A stretch of DNA of 64,000 nucleotides from Candidatus Acidiferrales bacterium (GTDB taxonomy: Bacteria > Pseudomonadota > Gammaproteobacteria > UBA5335): NCBI GenBank assembly GCA_035573755.1, contig DATLZY010000005.1:33190-97189 (forward strand), read 5' to 3'. How positions within the stretch are numbered: the stretch's first letter is position 1; every line of letters starts with the position of its first letter. Under the pieces are notes generated by a model that was not told the DNA's origin, did not search any database, and worked only from the letters and a program-made list of their open reading frames with translations. A program made the position numbers and the translations under genes. Positions 1 to 11,299 of this stretch are shown here, piece by piece.

Positions 1-875
1 GCGTCACCGCCAAGGACATCGTGCTCGCCATCATCGGCCGCATCGGCACGGCTGGCGGTACCGGCTACACCATCGAATTCGGTGGCGAGGCCATTCGGGC
101 CCTGTCGATGGAAGGGCGCATGACGGTGTGCAACATGGCCATCGAGGCGGGCGCCCGCGCCGGTCTGATCGCGGTCGATGAGAAGACCATCGCCTACGTC
201 AAGGATCGCCCGCAATCGCCCAAGGGCGCGCTCTGGGAGCAGGCGGTGGCGGCTTGGCAGGACCTGCATTCCGATGCCGATGCGGTGTTCGATACGGTCG
301 TGGAGCTGGATGCTGCTGCCATCGAGCCGCAGGTCACCTGGGGCACCTCGCCCGAGATGGTGGTACCGGTGGGTAGCACCGTGCCCGACCCTGCGCGTGA
401 GGAAAATCCGATCAAAGCCGAAGGCATGCGCCGGGCGCTGGCCTACATGGGGCTTGAGGCGGGAACGCCCATCGAGTCGATCGCGCTGGACAAGGTCTTC
501 ATCGGCTCCTGCACCAACTCGCGCATCGAGGATCTGCGCGCCGCGGCTGCGGTGGTGAAAGGGCGCAAGGTGTCCAGCCGCCTGAAGCTGGCGATGGTGG
601 TGCCCGGCTCGGGGCTGGTCAAGGCGCAGGCCGAGGCCGAAGGGCTCGACCGCATCTTCATCGAGGCAGGCTTTGAATGGCGTGAGCCGGGTTGTTCCAT
701 GTGTCTGGCGATGAACGCCGATCGGCTGGAGCCAGGTGAACGCTGTGCCTCGACCAGCAACCGCAATTTCGAGGGTCGGCAGGGGCAGGGCGGCCGTACC
801 CACCTGGTCAGCCCGGCCATGGCCGCGGCGGCCGCCATCGCCGGCCATTTCGTCGACATCCGCCGCTTCGGCTGA
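1..875 (+). CDS. leuC: 3-isopropylmalate dehydratase large subunit, C-terminal part (5' end is upstream of the window)
   Basis: Frame is open from the window edge ([22 protein letters not shown]). Aconitase-family motifs [11 protein letters not shown] and NRNFEGRQG are present. TGA at 873-875. Followed by leuD and leuB. Confidence 0.95.
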   Translation, partial: VTAKDIVLAIIGRIGTAGGTGYTIEFGGEAIRALSMEGRMTVCNMAIEAGARAGLIAVDEKTIAYVKDRPQSPKGALWEQAVAAWQDLHSDADAVFDTVVELDAAAIEPQVTWGTSPEMVVPVGSTVPDPAREENPIKAEGMRRALAYMGLEAGTPIESIALDKVFIGSCTNSRIEDLRAAAAVVKGRKVSSRLKLAMVVPGSGLVKAQAEAEGLDRIFIEAGFEWREPGCSMCLAMNADRLEPGERCASTSNRNFEGRQGQGGRTHLVSPAMAAAAAIAGHFVDIRRFG

Positions 876-886
876 GGAGTTTGATC

Positions 887-1528
887 ATGCAGGCATTCAC
901 CACACTGAACGGCTTGGTGGCCCCGCTCGACCGGGCCAACGTCGACACCGACGCGATCATTCCCAAGCAGTTTCTGAAGTCCATTCACCGCACCGGTTTC
1001 GGGCCCAATCTGTTCGACGACTGGCGCTACCTCGATGCGGGCGGGCTGGACGTCGACAACGCCACGCGTCGCGTCAACCCGGATTTCATTCTGAACCAGC
1101 CCCGCTACCAAGGCGCTGAGATCCTTCTGGCGCGCGAAAATTTCGGCTGCGGCTCCTCGCGCGAGCATGCGGTCTGGGCGCTCAGCGATGCCGGTTTCCG
1201 CGTCGTGGTGGCGCCCAGTTTTGCCGACATTTTCTTCAATAACTGCTTCAAGAACGGCGTGCTGCCGATCGTGTTGTCCGGTGCGGTCATGGATCGGCTG
1301 TTCCAGGAAGCGCAGGCCACGCCCGGTTACCGCCTGAGCGTGGATCTCGGGGCGCAGACCGTCACGACTCCGGCGGGAGAGGTGATCCCGTTCACCGTCG
1401 ATCCCTTCCGCCGTCACTGCCTGCTCAACGGTCTCGATGACATCGGCCTGACGCTGCAGCGCGCCGAGCGCATCCACGCCTATGAGGCCCGGCGCCGCGC
1501 CGAGGCACCCTGGCTCTTCGCCGACTGA
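887..1528 (+). CDS. leuD: 3-isopropylmalate dehydratase small subunit
   Basis: [31 protein letters not shown] is a typical LeuD N-terminus. GAGGAG RBS lies 6 nt upstream of the ATG at 887. Confidence 0.95.
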   Translation: MQAFTTLNGLVAPLDRANVDTDAIIPKQFLKSIHRTGFGPNLFDDWRYLDAGGLDVDNATRRVNPDFILNQPRYQGAEILLARENFGCGSSREHAVWALSDAGFRVVVAPSFADIFFNNCFKNGVLPIVLSGAVMDRLFQEAQATPGYRLSVDLGAQTVTTPAGEVIPFTVDPFRRHCLLNGLDDIGLTLQRAERIHAYEARRRAEAPWLFAD

Positions 1529-1546
1529 TACAAGGATTCGTGATTC

Positions 1547-2620
1547 ATGAGCAAGCACATACTGGTGTTGCCGGGCGACGGCATCGGTCCGGAGATCGTC
1601 GCCGAGGCGCTGAAGGTCTTGGACGCACTGCGGCGTGACCACGGGCTGGCCGTGACGTGGGAAGAAGGACTTTTGGGTGGATGCGCGGTGGACGCGACCG
1701 GCGAGCCCTATCCCGCCGCCACGCAGGAGCAGGCCCGTGCCGCCGATGCCGTGCTGCTGGGCGCAGTGGGCGGCCCGCGTTACGATACTTTACCGCGCCA
1801 TCAACGGCCCGAGCGTGGGCTGCTGGCCATTCGCAAGGACCTGAATCTGTTCGCGAATCTGCGTCCCGCGGTGGTGTTTCCCCAGCTCGCCGGTGCCTCC
1901 AGCCTCAAGCCGGAGATCGTCGCTGGGCTGGATATCCTCATCGTGCGCGAACTCACCGGGGATGTGTACTTCGGTGAGCCGCGCGGGATCGAGACCCGGA
2001 ATGGCGAGCGCGTCGGCATCAACACCATGATCTACAGCGAAGCGGAGATTCGCCGCATCGCGCACGTGGCCTTCAAGGCCGCACAGCGCCGCAGCGGGCG
2101 ACTGTGTTCGGTCGACAAGATGAACGTGCTCGAGAGCACCCAGCTGTGGCGCGACGTCGTCTGCGAGGTGGCGACCGAGTACCCGGATGTGACCCTGAGC
2201 CATATGCTGGTGGACAATGCGGCCATGCAACTGGTGCGCAATCCCAAGCAGTTCGACGTCATGGTGACCGGCAATCTGTTCGGCGACATCCTGTCCGATG
2301 AGGCATCCATGCTCACCGGCTCCATCGGCATGCTGCCTTCGGCGTCTCTGGATGCCGATGGCAAGGGGCTGTACGAGCCGATCCATGGGTCGGCGCCCGA
2401 CATCGCCGGCCGCGGCGTGGCCAATCCCTTGGCGACGATACTGTCCGTCGCCATGATGCTGCGCTACAGCCTGGGTGCGCCCGCGTTGGCCGATCGGGTC
2501 GAACGTGCCGTGGCGCGCGTGCTGGATCAAGGTCTGCGCACCGCGGACATCGCCTTGGCAGGCGAGGCCACGGTCGGCACGGTCGCCATGGGCGATGCCG
2601 TGGTCGCGGCGCTGGGCTGA
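1547..2620 (+). CDS. leuB: 3-isopropylmalate dehydrogenase
   Basis: 357 aa with [10 protein letters not shown] and [26 protein letters not shown] motifs. Sits in leuCDB context. Confidence 0.95.
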   Translation: MSKHILVLPGDGIGPEIVAEALKVLDALRRDHGLAVTWEEGLLGGCAVDATGEPYPAATQEQARAADAVLLGAVGGPRYDTLPRHQRPERGLLAIRKDLNLFANLRPAVVFPQLAGASSLKPEIVAGLDILIVRELTGDVYFGEPRGIETRNGERVGINTMIYSEAEIRRIAHVAFKAAQRRSGRLCSVDKMNVLESTQLWRDVVCEVATEYPDVTLSHMLVDNAAMQLVRNPKQFDVMVTGNLFGDILSDEASMLTGSIGMLPSASLDADGKGLYEPIHGSAPDIAGRGVANPLATILSVAMMLRYSLGAPALADRVERAVARVLDQGLRTADIALAGEATVGTVAMGDAVVAALG

Positions 2621-2677
2621 AGCCGGTGATTGCGTGGCGGGTATTGGGGCAAAACGGATCAAGGGGAGCGGTGAGTG

Positions 2678-3796
2678 ATGCGCGTGGGTTTCGTCGGCTG
2701 GCGGGGCATGGTGGGTTCGGTGCTCATGGAGCGCATGCGCGCCGAAGGCGATTTCGAGCGGATCGCCGCGCCGGTGTTCTTCTCGACCTCGCAGGCGGGC
2801 GGGGCGGCGCCCGACATCGGCCGGCCGCTGCCGCCCCTGCGCGATGCCCATGATCTCGGCGCCTTGGGCGAGATGGACGTCATCGTCAGTTGCCAGGGCG
2901 GCGACTACACCAAGGCCGTGCACGGCGATCTGCGTGCCGCAGGCTGGGGCGGCTACTGGATTGATGCGGCATCGGCACTGCGCATGGATGCGGGAGCGGT
3001 CATCGTGCTTGATCCGGTCAATCGCCCGGTGATTGACGCGGCACTGGCCAGCGGCGTGAAGGACTATATCGGCGGCAACTGCACGGTCAGTCTGATGCTG
3101 ATGGCCTTGGGCGGGCTGTTTGCGGCCGATGCAGTGGAGTGGGTCAGCTCCATGACCTATCAGGCCGCCTCGGGCGCGGGCGCGCAGCACATGCGTGAGC
3201 TTTTGGCTCAGATGGGCGCGTTGCACGATGCGGTTGCCCCCGACTTGGCCGATCCGGCCTCTGGCATCCTCGGGATCGACCGGCGCGTCAGCGAGGTGCT
3301 GCATGCGGCGGATTTTCCGACCCGCCAGTTCGGTGTGCCGCTGGCGGGCAGCCTCATTCCCTGGATCGATGTCGCCTTGGAAAACGGCCAGAGCCGTGAG
3401 GAATGGAAAGGCCAGGCCGAGACCAACAAGATCCTCGGCCGGACGGACCGGCCAGTGCCGATCGACGGGCTGTGCGTACGCATCGGCGCCATGCGCTGCC
3501 ACAGCCAGGCACTGACCATCAAGCTGCGCCATGACTTGCCGCTGGCCGAAGTCCACGAGATCATCGCCGGCGCCAACGATTGGGTGCGCCTGATCCCCAA
3601 CGAGCGTGAGCGCAGCGTGCGTGAGCTGACGCCGGCAGCGGTCACCGGCCGGCTCGAGATTCCGGTCGGGCGGTTGCGCAAGCTCAACCTGGGGCCCGAA
3701 TACCTCAGCGCCTTCACGGTCGGGGATCAGCTGCTCTGGGGCGCGGCTGAACCCCTGCGGCGCATGCTCGGCATTTTGATCGATCATCGCGGATGA
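2678..3796 (+). CDS. asd: aspartate-semialdehyde dehydrogenase
   Basis: [21 protein letters not shown]-terminus and the active-site region [13 protein letters not shown]. asd-fimV-truA synteny. Confidence 0.93.
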   Translation: MRVGFVGWRGMVGSVLMERMRAEGDFERIAAPVFFSTSQAGGAAPDIGRPLPPLRDAHDLGALGEMDVIVSCQGGDYTKAVHGDLRAAGWGGYWIDAASALRMDAGAVIVLDPVNRPVIDAALASGVKDYIGGNCTVSLMLMALGGLFAADAVEWVSSMTYQAASGAGAQHMRELLAQMGALHDAVAPDLADPASGILGIDRRVSEVLHAADFPTRQFGVPLAGSLIPWIDVALENGQSREEWKGQAETNKILGRTDRPVPIDGLCVRIGAMRCHSQALTIKLRHDLPLAEVHEIIAGANDWVRLIPNERERSVRELTPAAVTGRLEIPVGRLRKLNLGPEYLSAFTVGDQLLWGAAEPLRRMLGILIDHRG

Positions 3797-3961
3797 CCGT
3801 CGGAACCTGAGCGCTTTTCTTCATGTTTGAGCCCCGGTGCCGATATGCCGAGTCGGGAGGGCTGCTGGACGAGCCGATCGTTTTCCGCTGCGGCGCGGTA
3901 TAGTTGATCGCCGTCGCCAGCCAGTCGGGCGAGGCCATGGACGGTCCCGGTTTCAAACCGC

Positions 3962-6526
3962 ATGAAGGGGAAGATTCGCGTGCAGATCAAAAAGACGACA
4001 CGGGCCGTATCGGCGGCCTTGATTCTCTTGGCGCCGACCCTGGCCCATGCGCTGAGTACCGGCGCCATCGAAGGTCGCTCCTATCTCAATCAACCGCTCG
4101 AGGCGCGGATTCCGCTGACCTCCGCTACCGCGGATGAGCTGCGGTCGCTGCGGGTGAATCTCGCCCCCAGCGAGGTCTATCAACGGGCGGGGATCGATCT
4201 GGGATCGGAACTGGCTGGCCTGCAATTCCGCATCGTCACCGACGCGGCCCGACCCTACATTCTCGTTACCAGCCGGGACAGCATACGCGATCCCTTCCTG
4301 ACTTTTCTGGTGGAACTCAGTTGGGGGGGAGGGCGGCTGATTCGTGAATTCACCCTCCTGCTTGATCCGCCCGCGCTGATGGCACCGGCAGCTCCGCCTG
4401 AAACCCGTCAGGCGGTGATCGACCCTGCCTCCTCGTCATCGGATCTCGAGCGTGTGGAACGGCCGACACCTTCCGCCATCCAGTCAACGCCGGCAACGAG
4501 CGCGCGGAGGAGCCCAGCGCCGGATGCTGAAGGCAAATCTGCTGCCAGTGGGGAGCGGCGCGTGCGACGGGGCGATACGCTCTGGGCTATTGCCGGCGAG
4601 CAAAGCCACTTCGAAGCGGTCACCAGGAATCAGATGATGCTGGCTATCTACCGGCGCAATCCGGGGGCATTCGACGGCAACATCAACCAGTTGAAGGCCG
4701 GCGCGATCCTGCGGATGCCGAGCGTTGAGGAAATGCGTGCGATCTCGCGCGCTGCCGCACTGGCAGAAGTGCGCCGGCAGAACGAGGAGTGGCGCGTGGG
4801 ACGGCGAACGGCCGTGGCCAGTGCCCCGGCCGCGCCCGTTCCCGCCTCGGGCCCGTCGACCTCATCCACCACGCAGGTTCAGGACGTGCCGAAGACCGCG
4901 GCAGCGCCTTCGCGTCCACGCCTCGAGTTGGTCGCGCCGGACGAGGCGACACTTGCGGCTGCGCCCTCCTCACAAAGCCATTCCGCTGCCGGCGCAGGTG
5001 CGGAATCAGCGCCCGGCGTGAGCACGCCGCTCGGGACGTCCGGCCCGGAGGCGTCCAGCGCCGCTGCCGCGCCCGGGTCCACGACCGGCCTCGGCGGGGC
5101 GGAGTCGGGCGGCGAAGTCACCGAAACGCCAGGTCTGGTGCAGATGGACAGCACGACGGCGCTCGCGTTGCAGAATACCCCCGAGGGTGCGCCTGAAATG
5201 CCTCCGGCGGATCCAGCAGAGGCCGGCGCCGATGGGGTAGCGGCGCTGCAACCACTGCCGGCTGCGCCGGAGGCCGCAGCACCTATGGCCGCCCAAGTCC
5301 CGGAAGATGCCGGTACGGGCGGAAGGTGGTGGGGTGTTCTGGCTGGCCTGGTCGTGGCCGGCGCCGCGGCGCTCGGCTGGCTGTTCTACCGTCGCCGCAA
5401 GGCGGAGGAAACTGCAAACGAGGAAACCATCGACTTTGTGCTCGACGATGGTCCCAAGAACAACCCCGCTACGCAGGAAGGTGTTCATCCCCGATCTGCT
5501 CGTCAGGAACCCGTGATCGGGTCCGGAGTGACGGGTGTGATGTCCGATCCGGATGTCGATCCGACCACCGATACCGATACACAGCCCGGGCTATCGCCGT
5601 TCGAGAAGGAGACTGCTCTCGGCGTCGATCAGGAAGACCCCTTGGCCGAGGCGGATTTCAACCTCACCTATGGCCTTTATGAGGAGGCGCTCGCCGTTGT
5701 CGAGCAGGCTTTGTCACGTCAGCCCGATCGCCGCGATCTCAAGCTCAAGCGGCTCGAGGTGTTCTTTGCGATGTCCGATCGGGAATCGTTCCTCAAGTAT
5801 GCGCGGCTGCTCGCGGCCGAACCGCAGGGTCAGGCCGATTCGGCTTGGGAACGCTGTATGGTGATGGGGCAACAGATGTTCCCCGACGAGCCGTTGTTTC
5901 AGAACCTGCCGTCAGGTGCTGCCGGCGACGATTTCCTTGATTTCAATCTCGACACTTCGTTTGATGAGGGTCCGGGCAGAGTGGATGCCGCGCCCGCTGG
6001 CGATGAACGTACGACGGTACTGAATCATGGGGCGGATGCCGCGCCTGCACCCGGTGACGACGGTGATTTGCAGTTCGAATCATCCGAAACCGATCTGGAT
6101 TTGGGTACCGGGACGCAGTCGGAGGACACGGTCGAAAAGCATCTCGACATGGCGCGTGTTTATCTCGGCATGGAAGAGTTCGCCGCAGCCCAACGCGAAC
6201 TCGACCAAGCGTTGCTGGAGGGCTCGAGCGAGCAGCAGGCCGAGGCCCGGGAACTCATGGAGCAGGTCAGTCAGCGTGCCGGCATGACACGTGATGCGAC
6301 CGGTCAGGGCTACCTGGTAGACGTGCCGGGTACGGGGACGCTCGATATCGAAGACTTCGGCACGCGCGACGATTTCGGTACTCGTCTCGATCTCGCGCGT
6401 CAGTATATGGAACTCGACGATGTGGAAGGGGCACGTGCGCTGATTGATGAAGTGATCAAGGACGGCACCCCGGAGCAGCGGCGCGAAGCGGAGAGCTTGA
6501 TGGCTCAGCTGCCGGCCCGATTCTAG
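3962..6526 (+). CDS. fimV: FimV-like peptidoglycan-binding protein (LysM, low-complexity linker, TM, TPR-like C-terminus)
   Basis: Has a signal-like N-terminus and a LysM-like segment (RRVRRGDTLWAIAGE). A long Pro/Ala/Ser/acidic tract and one TM (WWGVLAGLVVAGAAALGWLFY) follow. The C-terminal motif LDLARQYMELDDVEGARALIDEVI is FimV-like. Lies between asd and truA. Confidence 0.8.
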   Translation: MKGKIRVQIKKTTRAVSAALILLAPTLAHALSTGAIEGRSYLNQPLEARIPLTSATADELRSLRVNLAPSEVYQRAGIDLGSELAGLQFRIVTDAARPYILVTSRDSIRDPFLTFLVELSWGGGRLIREFTLLLDPPALMAPAAPPETRQAVIDPASSSSDLERVERPTPSAIQSTPATSARRSPAPDAEGKSAASGERRVRRGDTLWAIAGEQSHFEAVTRNQMMLAIYRRNPGAFDGNINQLKAGAILRMPSVEEMRAISRAAALAEVRRQNEEWRVGRRTAVASAPAAPVPASGPSTSSTTQVQDVPKTAAAPSRPRLELVAPDEATLAAAPSSQSHSAAGAGAESAPGVSTPLGTSGPEASSAAAAPGSTTGLGGAESGGEVTETPGLVQMDSTTALALQNTPEGAPEMPPADPAEAGADGVAALQPLPAAPEAAAPMAAQVPEDAGTGGRWWGVLAGLVVAGAAALGWLFYRRRKAEETANEETIDFVLDDGPKNNPATQEGVHPRSARQEPVIGSGVTGVMSDPDVDPTTDTDTQPGLSPFEKETALGVDQEDPLAEADFNLTYGLYEEALAVVEQALSRQPDRRDLKLKRLEVFFAMSDRESFLKYARLLAAEPQGQADSAWERCMVMGQQMFPDEPLFQNLPSGAAGDDFLDFNLDTSFDEGPGRVDAAPAGDERTTVLNHGADAAPAPGDDGDLQFESSETDLDLGTGTQSEDTVEKHLDMARVYLGMEEFAAAQRELDQALLEGSSEQQAEARELMEQVSQRAGMTRDATGQGYLVDVPGTGTLDIEDFGTRDDFGTRLDLARQYMELDDVEGARALIDEVIKDGTPEQRREAESLMAQLPARF

Positions 6527-6548
6527 TCTGCGTCACGACCGGTACCCC

Positions 6549-6578
6549 GAGGGGCGATATCGCCCCTCTCTTTTTTTC
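6549..6578 (+). terminator. intrinsic terminator after fimV
   Basis: 8-bp GC-rich stem gaggggcg/cgcccctc with loop atat, followed by a run of 7 T. Confidence 0.8.
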
Positions 6579-6629
6579 GGGCCTTGTGCAGGTCAGGGAA
6601 TGCGCTTGCGGCGGGGGATGATGAACAAG

Positions 6630-7418
6630 ATGAGGATCGCTCTGGGGATCGAATACGTCGGAAGTTCTTTTCAGGGCTGGCAGAACCAACGACACACTGC
6701 CGCCACTGTCCAGGGTTGTCTTGAAGAGGCATTGAGTCGCGTCGCGGCAGCGCCCACGGCCGTCGTTGCCGCCGGGCGGACCGATGCCGGCGTCCACGCC
6801 CATGGGCAGGTCGTCCATTTCGATACCGATGCGCTTCGGGACGAGACGGCGTGGGTCCTGGGCGTCAATCGCTACCTTCCCCCCACGGTCTCCGTGCAGT
6901 GGGCACGCACCGTTCCCGATGCCTTCCACGCACGATTCAGTGCACAGTGGCGGCGATACTGCTATGTGATCCATGATGCGCGTGCGCGCAGCGCCCTTCT
7001 GGCGGGACGGGTCACTTGGTGCCACCATTTCCTTGATACAGACCGTATGGCGCAGGCCGCGCAAGCGCTGATCGGGGAACATGACTTTTCGTCTTTCCGC
7101 GGGCGGGAGTGTCAGGCCAAATCCCCTGTTCGGACCGTGCAGGCTTTGACTGTCGTCCGGCGAGGCCCTTTGGTGGTGCTGGAGATTCAGGCGAACGCCT
7201 TTTTGCATCACATGGTGCGGAACATTGCCGGTGTGCTGATGAGTATCGGCAGAGGCGAACGGTCTGTTGCTTGGGTCCGTGAGGTGCTGGCGCAGCGTGA
7301 CCGCAGTCGCGGAGGGGTGACCGCACCCCCTGACGGGCTCTATCTCGCCGCAGTTGGCTATGCCGCATCGTTCGGCCTGCCTGACCCTGCACCGCTCATG
7401 ATTCCGGCCCTTGCGTGA
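6630..7418 (+). CDS. truA: tRNA pseudouridine(38-40) synthase
   Basis: MRIALGIEYVGSSFQGWQ and the catalytic GRTDAGVHA motif. The start is chosen among several in-frame ATGs (6600, 6618, 6621, 6630). Confidence 0.9.
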   Translation: MRIALGIEYVGSSFQGWQNQRHTAATVQGCLEEALSRVAAAPTAVVAAGRTDAGVHAHGQVVHFDTDALRDETAWVLGVNRYLPPTVSVQWARTVPDAFHARFSAQWRRYCYVIHDARARSALLAGRVTWCHHFLDTDRMAQAAQALIGEHDFSSFRGRECQAKSPVRTVQALTVVRRGPLVVLEIQANAFLHHMVRNIAGVLMSIGRGERSVAWVREVLAQRDRSRGGVTAPPDGLYLAAVGYAASFGLPDPAPLMIPALA

Positions 7419-7478
7419 GCGCCTTTCGCTCGACTCGAGTTTACAGAAGTGCCCCAAAATCGCTATGATCGCGCGCTT

Positions 7479-7970
7479 ATGTCCGAGCCCTTGCCTGATT
7501 TGGTCGATGTTGACCGGCTCGCCCGGCGCGGCGCGCGGCTGGAGGGGCGGTTCGCGATTGTGCAGTTCGACCGGCTCCGCGACATGGTCGCCGAACCGGA
7601 CGGCGAGCTTTCTTTCGTGTTGCGGTTTTACCGGGACGGTGAAGGTCGCTCGCGCATTTCCGGCACGATTGAGGCGAGCGTGGTGCTGGTCTGTCAGCGT
7701 TGCCTGCAACCGATGGAGCAGGGCTTGGCTGCCGAGGTGGCGTTGGTGGCATTGGCCGAAGAACGGGACCTGTCGCAGGTGCCTGCGGAAGCCGAACCGC
7801 TGTTGACTGGGGGAGAACCGGTCCGATTGATCGATTTGATCGAAGACGAGGCCATTCTCGCGCTACCAATTGTCGCGCTCCACAATCACTGCACGGCGCC
7901 GGATCGGCCTGTTCCTGTTTCTTTTGGCGGCGAGGTCAGCCCTTTCGCGGTGCTGAAACGGGACAGATGA
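7479..7970 (+). CDS. yceD: YceD/DUF177 family 23S rRNA accumulation protein
   Basis: Cys pairs (VLVCQRCLQPM and HNHC), an acidic protein located directly upstream of rpmF. An alternative GTG start exists at 7449. Confidence 0.8.
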   Translation: MSEPLPDLVDVDRLARRGARLEGRFAIVQFDRLRDMVAEPDGELSFVLRFYRDGEGRSRISGTIEASVVLVCQRCLQPMEQGLAAEVALVALAEERDLSQVPAEAEPLLTGGEPVRLIDLIEDEAILALPIVALHNHCTAPDRPVPVSFGGEVSPFAVLKRDR

Positions 7971-8035
7971 AGTTAAACGGTGTGGGCCGCGTGGGTTCAC
8001 CGAATATCTAGAACATCCACAGGAGTTTTCAGATC

Positions 8036-8218
8036 ATGGCTGTGCAGCAAAACCGCAAAACCCGTTCCAAGCGCGGCATGCGCCGATCCCATGACGCGCT
8101 GACCAGCCCGTTCCTGTCGGCAGATCCCGTGACGGGGGAGACGCATCGTCGCCACCATCTGACGCCGACAGGGCACTACCGCGGTCGCAAGGTGCTGAGC
8201 GGTCCCGCCGAGGAATGA
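8036..8218 (+). CDS. rpmF: 50S ribosomal protein L32
   Basis: [22 protein letters not shown], 60 aa. AGGAG RBS upstream. Confidence 0.95.
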   Translation: MAVQQNRKTRSKRGMRRSHDALTSPFLSADPVTGETHRRHHLTPTGHYRGRKVLSGPAEE

Positions 8219-8334
8219 TCCGGTCGCCGCGCGCCGCCCTGTCGGTGCCACGACACTCAAACAGCGCAAGCCTGACATGACCCGCCCTGCGGTGAGTCTT
8301 GCAATGCGTCCATGGTCGGGTTGGCGGAGCCAGG

Positions 8335-9375
8335 ATGACTAACACGGTATACATGGCGCTGGACGCCATGGGCGGCGATCACGGCCCCCGGGTCACGGTC
8401 CCGGCCGCCCTGTCGGCCTTGTCGGAATACGAAGACCTCCATCTGACGCTGGTGGGGCAGCCGGCAGCCCTGGAAGCGGAGTTGTCACGGCGGCGGGCCG
8501 GCTCGCCGCGCCGCCTCTCGATCCATCCCGCAATGCAGGTGGTGGAGATGAACGAAGCGCCGTCCAAGGCGCTGCGCAACAAGAAAGACTCCTCCATGCG
8601 GGTCGCCCTCGACCTGCTCAAGGCGGGGCATTGCTCGGTCATGGTCAGCGCGGGCAACACCGGCGCGCTCATGGCGACGGCCCGCTTCGTCCTGAAGACC
8701 CTGCCGGGGGTCGATCGCCCGGCCATCATCTCCGCGCTGCCGACCGTCCGTGGACACACCTATGTGCTCGATCTGGGCGCGAATGCCGACTGCACGGCGG
8801 AACAGCTCCACCAGTTCGCCGTCATGGGGTCGGTCATGGTGCAGGCGGTCGATCATGTCGACCGTCCCAAAGTCGGCCTGCTGAACATCGGCGTGGAGGA
8901 GATCAAGGGTGTGGAATCCGTCAAGCAGGCCGCACGCCTGCTGCAGGCGGATCCATCGATCAACTACTGCGGCTTCGTCGAAGGGAATGACATCTACGGG
9001 GGGAAGGTCGATGTCGTGGTCTGTGACGGCTTCGTGGGCAATGTCGCGCTCAAGACCAGCGAAGGGCTGGCGCACATGTTGAGCGAATATATCCGGCAGG
9101 AGTACGGCCGCAATCTGCTCACCAAACTGGCGGGTCTGATCTCGCTGCCGGTCCTCAAGGCCATCAAGGGTCGCATGGATCCACGCCTCTACAACGGCGC
9201 CAGCCTGCTCGGTTTGCAGGGCGTCGTCATCAAGAGCCATGGCGGCGCCGACGAATTGGCTTTTGCCAACGCGATCCGGCTGGGCATGAATGCGGCGCGC
9301 ATGTCGGTTCCCGACCGCATCGCCCATCTGGTCGGGTCGGCGCTGCAAGGACGCGTGCATGGGGAAGAACCGTGA
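8335..9375 (+). CDS. plsX: phosphate acyltransferase PlsX
   Basis: [11 protein letters not shown] motif in rpmF-plsX-fabH context. The ORF track begins at 8299. The ATG at 8335 gives the usual N-terminus. Confidence 0.9.
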   Translation: MTNTVYMALDAMGGDHGPRVTVPAALSALSEYEDLHLTLVGQPAALEAELSRRRAGSPRRLSIHPAMQVVEMNEAPSKALRNKKDSSMRVALDLLKAGHCSVMVSAGNTGALMATARFVLKTLPGVDRPAIISALPTVRGHTYVLDLGANADCTAEQLHQFAVMGSVMVQAVDHVDRPKVGLLNIGVEEIKGVESVKQAARLLQADPSINYCGFVEGNDIYGGKVDVVVCDGFVGNVALKTSEGLAHMLSEYIRQEYGRNLLTKLAGLISLPVLKAIKGRMDPRLYNGASLLGLQGVVIKSHGGADELAFANAIRLGMNAARMSVPDRIAHLVGSALQGRVHGEEP

Positions 9376-10340
9376 AGCCCGTTTATTCGCGCATCATTGC
9401 TACGGGCAGTTACCTGCCGCGCCAGGTCGTTACCAATGCCGACTTGGAAGCCCGGCTGGACACCAGCGATGCCTGGATCCGCGAACGGACTGGTATATCG
9501 GAGCGCCACATCAGTGCCGCCGACGAAACGGTCAGCATGATGGCCGAGCAGGCGGCCCGGCGGGCGCTCGCTGCGGGTGGGCTTGCGCCCGAGGATCTCG
9601 ATCTCATCATCGTGGGCACGACGACACCGGATCAGATCTTCCCCAACTGCGCCACCATGCTGCAGGAGCGGCTCGGTATCGCCGGAATCGGCGCCTTCAG
9701 TCTCGAAGCCGCCTGCAGCGGTTTCATCTACGCCCTGAGCGTGGCCGACAAGTTCGTTCGTACTGGAGACGCCCGCCGGGTGCTGGTGGTGGGCGCAGAA
9801 ATGATGTCCCGTCTGGTGGACTGGAATGACCGAACCACCTGTGTGCTGTTCGGTGACGGCGCCGGTGCGGTGATTCTCGAGGCGACGAGCGAACCGGGTA
9901 TCATTGGGACCTTGCTTCATGCCGATGGTCGTTATCGTGAATTGCTGGAGTTTCCGGGTGGCGTGGGCCGGGATTTCCGCAATCTCGAGAACGTCCATCT
10001 CCAGATGCGCGGCAGTGAAGTGTTCAAGGTGGCGGTCGCGACGCTCGGACAGAGTGTCGAGGAATGCCTGAGCCGCTTCGGTCACGACAAGTCCGAGGTG
10101 GACTGGCTGATTCCACACCAGGCCAATGTCCGCATCATTCAGGCCACGGCCCGCCGGCTCGGCCTGTCGATGAATCAGGTCGTCGTGACCGTCGATCGTC
10201 ACGGCAATACATCCACGGCTTCCATTCCGCTGGCACTGGACGCGGCCGTACGCGACGGTCGCATCCAGCGGGGGCAGTTACTGTTGCTTGAGGCCTTTGG
10301 CGGCGGCTTCACCTGGGGTTCGGCGCTGATCCGCTTCTGA
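9372..10340 (+). CDS. fabH: 3-oxoacyl-ACP synthase III
   Basis: Active-site region [14 protein letters not shown], plus HQANVRI and [12 protein letters not shown]. The GTG start overlaps the plsX stop (GTGA). Confidence 0.93.
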   Translation: MKPVYSRIIATGSYLPRQVVTNADLEARLDTSDAWIRERTGISERHISAADETVSMMAEQAARRALAAGGLAPEDLDLIIVGTTTPDQIFPNCATMLQERLGIAGIGAFSLEAACSGFIYALSVADKFVRTGDARRVLVVGAEMMSRLVDWNDRTTCVLFGDGAGAVILEATSEPGIIGTLLHADGRYRELLEFPGGVGRDFRNLENVHLQMRGSEVFKVAVATLGQSVEECLSRFGHDKSEVDWLIPHQANVRIIQATARRLGLSMNQVVVTVDRHGNTSTASIPLALDAAVRDGRIQRGQLLLLEAFGGGFTWGSALIRF

Positions 10341-10404
10341 CGGCGGAGCCGCAGGGGACGGCCCGTTGATCCATGTCATGGCGTAACTCCGGTCTGGTAG
10401 GGAT

Positions 10405-10430
10405 GATGATCACAGACCATCGTGATCATC
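10405..10430 (+). promoter_or_regulatory. perfect 9-bp inverted repeat (gatgatcac-N8-gtgatcatc) 24 nt upstream of the orphan pmoC start
   Basis: Read directly from the sequence. Lies between the fabH stop and the AGGAG RBS of the orphan pmoC. Candidate operator or 5'-UTR hairpin. Confidence 0.35.
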
Positions 10431-10453
10431 CGTCCACTCACAGGAGCCGCGCC

Positions 10454-11272
10454 ATGAACGCCGTGACCAAACCCCAGACACTACCCGTCGCGCCGCAGAC
10501 GCTCGTGCAGCGCCTGCTCGGCGCGCTGGGCCTGCTGCAGGACGAGTCCCGTCCGCCGCGCATGCCTTGGACGGCCGCGGTGGTGGGCGTTGCGGCAGCG
10601 GCCTTGGTCTTCGGCCTCTACCGCTGGTACCAGCAGGTCTTTTCCTTTTCCGTCGGGCTCGATTACTTCGAGCAGGATTTCCAGACCTATTGGATGAACC
10701 TGCTGTATGCCCAAGGCATCCTCATCACCTTGATTGGTCTGGTGGGCGTGCCTTTGCTGTGGTTCACGCGGCCCGCGCAGATCGTGATGTCGCCCCAGCG
10801 CGAGTTGTCGATCTATTACGCCATCCTCGCCTTCATGGCCGTGGGGAGCGTGATCCTCGTGGCGATTCTCGGCGTCTATGTGGAGGCCGATGCGGCCTGG
10901 CATCAAGTGACCATCCGCGACACCGACTTCACGCCAACCCACATCGGGCTGTTCTATTTCGCCATTCCCTTGGGGGCGGTCGGGGCCATCCTGGGCTTCA
11001 TCCTGATCCATACCCGCATGCCCTATTTCAGCAACCGGGTGTCGATTCCCCTGGCGCTGGTGGTCTGTGCGCCGGTCCTGATCATGCCCAATCTGGGGCT
11101 GAACGAGTGGGGCCATACTTTCTTTTACGCCGAGGAACTGTTTGCTGCGCCGATCCACTGGGGCTTCGTGGTGCTGGGCTGGGGGCTGTTCGGCATCGGC
11201 GGCTTCATGGTGCAGATCCTGCAGCGCATCCGCGAGTTGACGACGCTGGAACCGAAGCCGATCGAAGGCTGA
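10454..11272 (+). CDS. pmoC: orphan copper membrane monooxygenase subunit C paralogue (PmoC/AmoC family)
   Basis: Multi-TM protein carrying EADAAWHQVTIRDTDFTPTH and NEWGHTFFYAEELFAAPIH. These hold the D-x3-H...H and N-x3-H-x13-H ligand patterns of PmoC. AGGAG RBS before the ATG at 10454. No pmoA or pmoB is adjacent. Confidence 0.9.
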   Translation: MNAVTKPQTLPVAPQTLVQRLLGALGLLQDESRPPRMPWTAAVVGVAAAALVFGLYRWYQQVFSFSVGLDYFEQDFQTYWMNLLYAQGILITLIGLVGVPLLWFTRPAQIVMSPQRELSIYYAILAFMAVGSVILVAILGVYVEADAAWHQVTIRDTDFTPTHIGLFYFAIPLGAVGAILGFILIHTRMPYFSNRVSIPLALVVCAPVLIMPNLGLNEWGHTFFYAEELFAAPIHWGFVVLGWGLFGIGGFMVQILQRIRELTTLEPKPIEG

Positions 11273-11299
11273 CTTGGTCCGCGCGGAATTGACGCAAAG

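Noticed and set aside
1790-3787. 665-aa ORF on the minus strand
   Set aside because: It is antisense to the confidently identified leuB and asd. Its composition is Arg/Ala/Gly/Pro-rich with no motifs, a typical shadow ORF of high-GC DNA.
4700-5400. Repetitive-looking Pro/Ala/Ser-rich coding stretch in fimV
   Set aside because: This is low-complexity protein-coding sequence, not a DNA tandem repeat or CRISPR-like array. No regular repeat-spacer periodicity is present.
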